From a virus (lineage: Duplodnaviria > Caudoviricetes), in IMG/VR virus record IMGVR_UViG_3300015360_000023, positions 128,001 through 192,000 of that record: 64,000 nucleotides of DNA; one strand, written 5' to 3'. The notes beneath the pieces are model-generated. The model was not told where the DNA came from, ran no database searches, and worked only from the letters and a program-made list of their open reading frames with translations. This document shows positions 57,714 through 64,000 of this stretch, piece after piece. Both the position numbers and the translations under genes were made by a program. Every line of letters begins with the position of its first letter. Position 1 is the first letter of the stretch.

Positions 57714-58069
57714 GACTCATCTGCCAATCTTGTAAGCACGAACTCATCCAAAATGTTTACTGGAAAAATAACATCAAATATGAAGATAATGTCTGGGAAT
57801 GTTCCGAAGGTCACTGCGCCCTTAAAATAGAAGGAAGCAATATAGTTAGCTATACCGTCTTCTTTGAACGTAGCAAGATAATGTACAGGCTATATGCTGA
57901 TTATAATAACGGTATGCAACTAGCCTCCAAAGATACCTCCAGATTTAAAAGAGGCGGTTTCAAAACATCTCTAACCATTCCACAATACATTAATTTAATC
58001 ATCAAAGATGAAATTATACAAGTAGAATACTTAGTAGATAAACTAAGGAAGTTAGTCATCTTTTCATGA
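57710..58069 (+). CDS. Array member (CQSC ... KLRKLVIFS)
   Basis: ATG 57710 overlaps the upstream TGA. Confidence 0.85.
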   Translation: MRLICQSCKHELIQNVYWKNNIKYEDNVWECSEGHCALKIEGSNIVSYTVFFERSKIMYRLYADYNNGMQLASKDTSRFKRGGFKTSLTIPQYINLIIKDEIIQVEYLVDKLRKLVIFS

Positions 58070-58105
58070 CGACACAATGTTAAACCGATCCGCGAGCCAA
58101 CGCGC

Positions 58106-58402
58106 ATGAACTGCCATTACTGCCAAAAGGAATGCCGACACATCAATATCTCCAATAATCATTGGAGATGTCTACCTTGCAAAGTGGATTATCGCGGAGT
58201 GGAAACCAATATCTTCGGCATGATCAACAGCACTTCTTACTACTTCAATATCTATAATGGCCCCAGAGAGTTCCCCGTTAGAATCATGAAAGGATTGCCC
58301 AATGACTTTGCCGTCAACATTGTCGTCAACCTAACAAGTCGCCCGGATATAACCCCTTCCAACGTGGAAGAGAAACTCAGAACCTACCTGCTATTCTCAT
58401 GA
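58106..58402 (+). CDS. Array member (MNCHYC ... KLRTYLLFS)
   Basis: Two CxxC; PDITPSN motif. Confidence 0.85.
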   Translation: MNCHYCQKECRHINISNNHWRCLPCKVDYRGVETNIFGMINSTSYYFNIYNGPREFPVRIMKGLPNDFAVNIVVNLTSRPDITPSNVEEKLRTYLLFS

Positions 58403-58767
58403 GAATCCCCTGCAAATTTTGCCAACGTCACTATACTCCCAAAGATTACATCGACGTTAAACGCATCAATGGCGGCTGGATTACCTTCAAGAACCAACAC
58501 GTCAATTGTCAAACATGTCTGGTTGACTTCTATTATGATTATACTGATAACTCTAAACTAGTTAGAATTAACTATCGAATAAGAAGTAGACCTTACTCAG
58601 ATGTTAATATGGACCTAGCCCTAAATAAGACTTTCCTTATCTTCCATCCCAAACAAAAGACTTTTTCAACCAGCATCATTGCCTTCGATGGTACCTGGCC
58701 CGAGACCAAGCCCAATGATGCTCTCGCCCTAGCCAAACGTCTAACTAACCTATTGATGTTCCTATGA
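58399..58767 (+). CDS. Array member (CKFC ... RLTNLLMFL)
   Basis: Two CxxC. Confidence 0.85.
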   Translation: MRIPCKFCQRHYTPKDYIDVKRINGGWITFKNQHVNCQTCLVDFYYDYTDNSKLVRINYRIRSRPYSDVNMDLALNKTFLIFHPKQKTFSTSIIAFDGTWPETKPNDALALAKRLTNLLMFL

Positions 58768-59123
58768 CTTTCTACTGTCACTTCTGCGATAAACGATGCC
58801 GACAAACCTTTCCGGAACTTAAAGAATGGTGGTGCGAACATTGCAGAGTCACCTTCCAAGAAGGCAATGGCTCTTTCGGTTTGGATGGAATCAAATTCTC
58901 CCTAGCCAATCCAGACTATAGCCATTATTACTTGACCATTAATTTCGCTTCAAGCTTAACCATCTTGTCCTGGCATCGTCCCCCAAGACACCTCAATGAA
59001 GACCCTCAAGCCTATGATGAACTGCCCAAGGAAAAGGTTGTGCTCCGTATCTGGCAAGCTATCCAAGGTGTCAAGCCCAATAATCTCAAAGACAAAATTC
59101 AAACTCTATTAACCTTCTCATGA
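58764..59123 (+). CDS. Array member (CHFC ... KIQTLLTFS)
   Basis: Two CxxC. Confidence 0.85.
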   Translation: MTFYCHFCDKRCRQTFPELKEWWCEHCRVTFQEGNGSFGLDGIKFSLANPDYSHYYLTINFASSLTILSWHRPPRHLNEDPQAYDELPKEKVVLRIWQAIQGVKPNNLKDKIQTLLTFS

Positions 59124-59479
59124 ACCTTAAAGTTGTCCAGTGCTACTCCAAAAACAAAGTCTATTGCTATTATTGTGACGAGGATATGACCCCAGATGAT
59201 GGTCAACAAATCAATGGTTACTTCGATTGCAAACCCTGTCATACCAGATTCATCTGCTCCGGTAACTTCTCCAACCCAGATATTGAATACATTCATTTTA
59301 CCGTTGATAGCTATCTAATTGAATTGAATTATGATAGGAATCAAACCTTCCTATTCCATAAGGATGAATCCCCTATGCGTAGACTGCATATGATGGAGTT
59401 AGCTTACATTGCAGATATTAATCCAACCAACGCTAAGTATTGGCTAACTAAACTATTAAATCTCAAAGCCTTCTCATAA
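59120..59479 (+). CDS. Array member (CYYC ... KLLNLKAFS)
   Basis: Two CxxC. Confidence 0.85.
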   Translation: MNLKVVQCYSKNKVYCYYCDEDMTPDDGQQINGYFDCKPCHTRFICSGNFSNPDIEYIHFTVDSYLIELNYDRNQTFLFHKDESPMRRLHMMELAYIADINPTNAKYWLTKLLNLKAFS

Positions 59480-59602
59480 ATGGCCTATAATTTCCTATCA
59501 TTATGATTGATATCAATGATTCTCCTTGATTTACCGAGTGATTATAAACTAACCCCCAAAAATTTCCCTGGAAAACTACAGGTTTTACCCAACTTCCTAT
59601 AA
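59480..59602 (+). pseudogene. Relic array member or 28-aa micro-ORF made of the C-terminal module only
   Basis: One frame reads ATG(59480) MAYNFLSL, TGA(59504), LIS, ATG(59516) MILLDLPSDYKLTPKNFPGKLQVLPNFL, TAA(59600-59602). Confidence 0.6.
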
Positions 59603-59603
59603 A

Positions 59604-59945
59604 ATGAATTGCCCACTTTGCCAACGCAGCCTAAGACCAGATCCACAGTATCCGTCTTGTCTAACTTGCCCCACCAAAATTACCTATCCTCATTGCACAC
59701 CTATATCTCATTACGAATTTGATGGAGAAGTACTCTGTACAAGCCACCAATGGTATGTCGGCCCCTTCAAACTAGAAATAGATGCTACTGGCTTATCCAT
59801 TTATAAAATCGATGTCCTGAAAACTAAACCAGATTATCCTGCCAAACCCTCTGTCGAATACATCATGTACCTGGATATTCAAATCCCCATTGATGATTCC
59901 AATAAAACTATTAACAAAATCAAGACTTTCATTCTATTCTCATGA
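59604..59945 (+). CDS. Array member (MNCPLC ... KIKTFILFS)
   Basis: Same architecture. Confidence 0.85.
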   Translation: MNCPLCQRSLRPDPQYPSCLTCPTKITYPHCTPISHYEFDGEVLCTSHQWYVGPFKLEIDATGLSIYKIDVLKTKPDYPAKPSVEYIMYLDIQIPIDDSNKTINKIKTFILFS

Positions 59946-60283
59946 ACTGTCCTATCTGTCAGAAAAGAATTAAACCTTTCCGCTATTGGGATGCAGACCG
60001 TACTACCGGCCAAAAGGTGTATGATCAAGAACCAACCTTTCAATGCGAAACAAGAGTCCCATTAAACAATGGCCAAGCCTTATGTCACTATAGTTATGAG
60101 GCCGTCACCAAATATTCTTGGATAATTATCTATCCATTTAGAATTAAACAATCATTAACCCATTCAACTTTCCAGCAATACTCCCAAACCTCTTGGACCC
60201 AACTCTTGCAAATACCTAGAGTTACCCATAAGCAAGCCATCCAAATATTGTCTCGCTTTAAAAATCTAAACCCCTTCCTATAA
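59942..60283 (+). CDS. Array member (MNCPIC ... RFKNLNPFL)
   Basis: Same architecture; last gene of the array. Confidence 0.85.
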   Translation: MNCPICQKRIKPFRYWDADRTTGQKVYDQEPTFQCETRVPLNNGQALCHYSYEAVTKYSWIIIYPFRIKQSLTHSTFQQYSQTSWTQLLQIPRVTHKQAIQILSRFKNLNPFL

Positions 60284-60321
60284 AAAACTTTGGCCAAGTT
60301 AACCCAAAAGCTAACTCGGCC
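60282..60321 (-). terminator. Intrinsic terminator for the protease pair
   Basis: Minus-strand RNA GGCCGAGUUAGC-UUUUGG-GUUAACUUGGCC (12 bp with two G-U pairs) followed by AAAGUUUUUU. Confidence 0.6.
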
Positions 60322-60352
60322 AGAATTTTCACACATATTTTTACTCAGACTT

Positions 60353-61009
60353 TCAATGAGGTAACTGAACCTTATCTCCATATTGACAATAATTCAATTG
60401 ACTCATCGGAATAACTTGAAAAGCCGCCACTCTCTTCAAAGCCTCATAATCCACACAGCGATAGTCTTCCCAGTTGTAATGAGGTTGCATCAAGTAAACT
60501 TCATCATGCCGAGCCCCCAACAAATGTCCTATCTCATGCATGATAATACCTTCCATCCAAGTATTGCTAATCCTATTCCTAATAACAAACATCCTATTAC
60601 CACCAATAGCATTAACCCAAGCTAAAGTGTAGAATTGCTTCTCTCCAGAGTTTCCCCTATCCAATGGCTCCACCATCGGATTCATGGAGTCAATCTTCAA
60701 GATCACCCAGCCATCCCCGCGCATGACTCTATCCAATACACCCACTTCCATGTTGTATTCATACGTCTCAATGTCTATCCTAACATAGCCGTTCAATGCA
60801 AAATTCCATTGCTTTATTGCATTGTCAATGGATAACCTATCCGCTACCCCAAATTCCCTATCTACCCAGACATGATACACACGTGTAGGAACAATAGCTG
60901 CATGACCATTACTATGAACATAGTAGAACGGTAATACCACATGACCGCAACCTATCAAACCACAAACTAAAATAAAAGCCGCTATGAATAACCCTTTAAG
61001 GAGTTTCAT
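60353..61009 (-). CDS. Matrixin-like (metzincin) zinc protease, predicted lipoprotein
   Basis: HEIGHLLGARH plus the LM Met-turn; signal peptide ending LIGC. Confidence 0.85.
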   Translation of the reverse strand: MKLLKGLFIAAFILVCGLIGCGHVVLPFYYVHSNGHAAIVPTRVYHVWVDREFGVADRLSIDNAIKQWNFALNGYVRIDIETYEYNMEVGVLDRVMRGDGWVILKIDSMNPMVEPLDRGNSGEKQFYTLAWVNAIGGNRMFVIRNRISNTWMEGIIMHEIGHLLGARHDEVYLMQPHYNWEDYRCVDYEALKRVAAFQVIPMSQLNYCQYGDKVQLPH

Positions 61010-61011
61010 AA

Positions 61012-61728
61012 TTACTCTTTAATGTCAGATGGGGTGTGAGCGTCCCTTACAAACTTCTTAACACTATCCAAATGAACAAACAAACTCATGTTGGGAATGC
61101 GAGTTAATCGAGAACAAACTCCAAGCAAGTTGCCAGAATCATCAAAGACTCCGCCGCCTGAATTACCATACCATACCGTACCATTGAATTGAACTACTTT
61201 ACCAATAACACTCTCTTCACGGTAGGCTGCAACTGTTCCTTCTGTATAAGACCAGTATGCTCCTCGTGGATGTCCAACCACGAAAATGTGCTCTCCAATA
61301 CCAGGCATCTCCTCAGCTAAACTAGCAACCTCATGCAAGCCAGGTACTCCACGCTTATCTGCCTTAATTAAAGCAAGATCATGGTCTTCATCAAAAGCTG
61401 TTACCTTAGCAAGATGTAAAGCTGCTGGATCCTCTCCCACTTCATGAACTTCTTTCTGTACTACGTAATAGATCTTACGGTCCACTGGGTCAGCTCCCTC
61501 TTCACGTGCTACACAATGTCCTGCCGTTAGAATCTCATCCTTCCCAATCCATATGCCAGTGCAATAAACATGGACATCTCCATCTTCGCTTATAGCTACT
61601 AGTGCAACTGTAGATTCACCAATGTGTTGGTGTAATGCTGATGGACTCCTAACAGGTGTATTCTTACCTGTAGCGCAACCTAGCATCGTTAATACCGCAA
61701 CCAAACTTAGAATAAATAATCGCTTCAT
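61012..61728 (-). CDS. Trypsin-like (S1) serine protease, predicted lipoprotein
   Basis: LTAGHC, HDLAL, GNSGGG; signal peptide ending MLGC; ATG at 61728. Confidence 0.9.
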   Translation of the reverse strand: MKRLFILSLVAVLTMLGCATGKNTPVRSPSALHQHIGESTVALVAISEDGDVHVYCTGIWIGKDEILTAGHCVAREEGADPVDRKIYYVVQKEVHEVGEDPAALHLAKVTAFDEDHDLALIKADKRGVPGLHEVASLAEEMPGIGEHIFVVGHPRGAYWSYTEGTVAAYREESVIGKVVQFNGTVWYGNSGGGVFDDSGNLLGVCSRLTRIPNMSLFVHLDSVKKFVRDAHTPSDIKE

Positions 61729-62262
61729 GCAAACCCTCTTAACGCCTGATTGAGGTAGTGAAATACTACTTCGTGCTTGCACCAGGTCAAACTACCAAAA
61801 ATACTAATTTATTCACCTATTTGTCACACTACCTAACACCCCTTTATTTTTATTAATTAGTAGTGCCTCTATACGCCATGTACAGGGCTCTAAAGCCCGC
61901 ATGCCCTGGTCTACCTGATAGGTGGCGCGGATTAGTTTAAATAGCCACTCCGCCCCAGGACAACCCCTTCTTAAGGCATAGTGGTAATCGCATATTGTGA
62001 TCTTTTATAATGGCATTAGATGCTTATGGTGGGATATCTTCCCATATTGTGGGATTGAGTGGCATGTATGGTCATATATAGTTGATCAAAAGGGCTGTTT
62101 TGGTAATTTATATGTTAGTTGAAGGCTTATGGATGCTATCGTAACGAATCAATTAGTGCTATCTGATTGGTTAATAGCTATCGGAACTTAATAGTGCCCA
62201 TTTGGGAGGCGGACTGCCAGCGCACACGTCGGACACCCCCACCTTTTGTATGCTGTTGTAGG

Positions 62263-62278
62263 TGGCATGCTTCTTGCA
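62263..62278 (+). promoter_or_regulatory. sigma54 (RpoN) -24/-12 promoter motif 1
   Basis: TGGCATGCTTCTTGCA has GG-N10-GC spacing matching TGGCACG-N4-TTGCW. Confidence 0.65.
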
Positions 62279-62438
62279 CCTTGCAAATTTTAGACTACCT
62301 ACATCGCGCATATCATCTAACAATCTCTTTATTTTAATCATAGCACACGATAAGTAATATTTTTAATTACATAGCACACATTGTATTGTTTTATAAGATA
62401 TCATCCGACATTGGGCCGATCGACCTGTTTCGGCCCTC

Positions 62439-62454
62439 TGGCATACTCTTTGCT
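62439..62454 (+). promoter_or_regulatory. sigma54 promoter motif 2
   Basis: TGGCATACTCTTTGCT. Confidence 0.65.
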
Positions 62455-62697
62455 CCTTGCAAGGCCCGAGCCAAGGCCCCGTCAAGCCTCCCTAGGCCCT
62501 ATGACACCAAGATCATACCCCTAACCCCTCGATATCATTAGGTAACTACTAAGACCTACATTGATCTTTCGGACCAAACATGATCGATCTGTCATGTAGT
62601 CAACAAACTTACCCAGTCATATCGCGTAGTTAGCGCTGGCATGTCTCGTGCATCGTTCCAGGGTAGGGGAAGGACCCCAAAGGAGACGAGGTACGAC

Positions 62698-63411
62698 ATG
62701 CCGCACTTCAACCGACTTGGTGGTGACATGGACGAGGCGAACGCCGAGTGTGCGGCGATGGACCAGGAAGACGCAGACCGTAAGGAGACCGCCCACATGA
62801 AGACCCTGATTGAAGCCGTCAAGAACCATGCCAAAGCCAACTACGAAGTCGGCGGGTGGGACATGGTGGTTGAATGTTACGAAGACGCCGAGATCGGCGA
62901 GGCCATCGCAGGATGTGCGACGGTGGAGGAGGCCATTGCCGAGGTGGGCAAGACGGCGTCCCTCTACCACGAGAGGCGACAAGAGGCCTGGAGTGAGGGC
63001 GGGTTGGACAAGAACGGCCGAAGTGTGGAAGACAACGACATGCTGTACGCTGAGGAGGAAGCTGCCCACATTGCAGCAGAGCATCAGGGGGTGTCCTACC
63101 TCAACACTGATGAGCTGACGGGGTACGAGGAGCACTGCCGAGATGAGGAAAGCACCTACGGTGACCCCCGACGCTGCCCGCGTCACCCACATGTCACCAT
63201 TGGTTCCCCGTGTGGGATGTTTGACGGTGTGTGCGGTGAGTGTGAGTATGGTATGGAAATGGAGGACGAAGAGTTCCAGGGTACGGTGCCTGCGGTGGTT
63301 GTCAGTGTTGCACCGACTGGTGTGGAAGTTGTGGCCTGCTGTAAGGAACCGAAGGTGCTGGGCGGCAAGTGTGAGAACTGTGGGACTTGGTCCGACGACA
63401 TTCCCTTCTGA
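62698..63411 (+). CDS. Acidic hypothetical protein with C-terminal zinc-binding Cys motifs and an SSB-like tail DDIPF
   Basis: GAGGT RBS 5 nt before ATG 62698; very D/E-rich; CxxH..CxxC and CC..CxxC; ends WSDDIPF*. Confidence 0.8.
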   Translation: MPHFNRLGGDMDEANAECAAMDQEDADRKETAHMKTLIEAVKNHAKANYEVGGWDMVVECYEDAEIGEAIAGCATVEEAIAEVGKTASLYHERRQEAWSEGGLDKNGRSVEDNDMLYAEEEAAHIAAEHQGVSYLNTDELTGYEEHCRDEESTYGDPRRCPRHPHVTIGSPCGMFDGVCGECEYGMEMEDEEFQGTVPAVVVSVAPTGVEVVACCKEPKVLGGKCENCGTWSDDIPF

Positions 63412-63430
63412 CCTACATCACCTCTGATGT

Positions 63431-63465
63431 GAGAGAGCCTGCCACACGGCGGGCTTTTTCTTTTT
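63431..63465 (+). terminator. Intrinsic terminator
   Basis: AGCCTGCC-acac-GGCGGGCT followed by TTTTCTTTTT. Confidence 0.8.
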
Positions 63466-63477
63466 CCGTTTTCCGTA

Positions 63478-63493
63478 TGGAATACTCTTTGCA
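63478..63493 (+). promoter_or_regulatory. sigma54 promoter motif 3
   Basis: TGGAATACTCTTTGCA directly after the terminator and upstream of the next ORF. Confidence 0.65.
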
Positions 63494-63634
63494 AGTTGCA
63501 AGACCCGAGCCAAGTTCCGGCGCAACCCACATGAAAGTAAAGGTGGGACAAAAGTGATGTAGCATGTTTGATCGTTCCGCGTTTTCTGCTAGGCTCTTAG
63601 TCGTCCCACCCTTTCCCTCAGAGGCCAGACCTAC

Positions 63635-64000
63635 ATGTCCTACATCTACCTCGTGATCCTCACTGCTGGCTACTCCTGCTGCGATCAGCTCCAGCGTACG
63701 TTGCGAGCCTTCACCGACAAGGGAGAGGCCGAGTCCTACATGGGTGACATGAAGCACACCATCAGCCGAAACATGGGACTGCGGCATGCGGTCGACGTCT
63801 ACATGTCCGACGTGTGGGGCAAGGTCAACCCGGCTCCCACTTCCTGCCCCTCGTGGGATAACCAGCGCTCCGACGAGGAGAACGAAAAAGCCTACAAGGA
63901 TCACCAAGAGGCGTACAACACCTACAGCGATGCCCGACATGCGGAAGAAACCCGCATGCTCTCACTGGTCGGGTGGAAGTGCGAGCTGGACCTACGTTGG
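63635..64000 (+). CDS. Hypothetical protein, 3'-truncated by the window (not in the ORF track)
   Basis: GAGG then ATG 63635 (MSYIYLVILTAGYSCCDQ...); open to the window end with GC-rich codon usage. Confidence 0.7.
   Translation, partial: MSYIYLVILTAGYSCCDQLQRTLRAFTDKGEAESYMGDMKHTISRNMGLRHAVDVYMSDVWGKVNPAPTSCPSWDNQRSDEENEKAYKDHQEAYNTYSDARHAEETRMLSLVGWKCELDLRW

Larger units (their letters stand above)
45158..60283. repeat. Array of 31 divergent ORFs sharing a C-terminal ...F[SL]-stop module, most with an N-terminal CxxC
   Basis: 27 of 31 end in FS or FL (variants IMS, TYE, LLS, VWS); about 20 ATGA stop/start overlaps. Confidence 0.9.

Noticed and set aside
45158-60283. Integron cassette array or CRISPR array
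   Set aside because: There are no intergenic attC-like palindromes or 25-45-nt identical repeats with spacers; genes overlap directly, and no integrase or cas gene is in the window.
44283-60283. Diversity-generating retroelement acting on the FGE gene or the array
   Set aside because: I saw no reverse transcriptase and no TR/VR pair differing only at adenines; divergence among array members is far too large.
61905-61959. Hammerhead ribozyme (CTGAT core in a three-way junction)
   Set aside because: The sequence is CTGATAG rather than CUGANGA, and there is no GAAA core element.
62592-63940. ORFs 62592-62840, 62617-63192, 62810-63118, 63143-63427, 63183-63551, 63413-63940
   Set aside because: They are antisense or alternative-frame shadows in GC-rich DNA; RBS, promoter and terminator placement support 62698-63411 and 63635-end on the + strand.
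1-64000. Alternative genetic code (TAG or TGA reassignment) suggested by the phage RF2
   Set aside because: Long ORFs are intact under code 11, and TAG (1986, 10664), TGA and TAA all end well-formed genes.
1-64000. tRNA or rRNA genes
   Set aside because: No cloverleaf with a T-loop GTTCRA was found in the intergenic gaps; there is no rRNA-like sequence.
1-64000. Eukaryotic giant virus or cellular origin (SET domain, kinase, translation factors)
   Set aside because: Bacterial-type IF-1, RF2 and MAP, SD sequences, ATGA-coupled operons, sigma70 and sigma54 motifs, an M23 peptidase and lipoboxes all point to a bacteriophage. Capsid and terminase genes are not in the window, so this remains an inference.

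Overview
This window looks like a 64-kb segment of a very large (jumbo-type) tailed dsDNA bacteriophage. It uses the standard genetic code, and most of it is AT-rich. (1) 0.1-11.4 kb holds host-takeover and metabolic genes (map, an NMP-kinase-like ATPase, an FAD oxidoreductase, a DEDDh exonuclease, a glycosyltransferase-like protein, a HAD hydrolase, a degenerate macro domain, an M23 peptidase) plus one fibre-like gene. (2) 11.4-35.3 kb is a block of Gly/Thr/Asn-rich virion fibre or adhesin genes built from recurrent modules: three tandem B-A paralog pairs, three LamG-like proteins and long repeat fibres. (3) 35.3-45.2 kb covers nucleotide metabolism and translation (thyX, IMPDH/GMPR, infA, a second DEDDh exonuclease, SET, an HD hydrolase, dut, an FGE lipoprotein). 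(4) 45.2-60.3 kb is the most unusual part: an array of 31 short divergent ORFs that end in a shared C-terminal module, ...[KR]-h-[KR]-x-h-h-h-F-[SL]-stop. Most also start with a CxxC zinc ribbon and are chained by ATGA overlaps. A kinase-like gene and prfB sit inside the array, and a relic ORF consists of the C-terminal module alone. (5) 60.3-64 kb has two lipoprotein proteases, a ~0.9-kb non-coding region where strand skew and GC content change, three sigma54-type promoter motifs, and GC-rich ORFs, one of which is acidic and ends in the SSB-like tail DDIPF. A second strong signal is the tripeptide DGY, which occurs about 28 times in the virion proteins and is almost absent elsewhere. No tRNA, rRNA, CRISPR array, integrase or reverse transcriptase was seen. 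Family assignments come from motif recognition only; no database searches were run.
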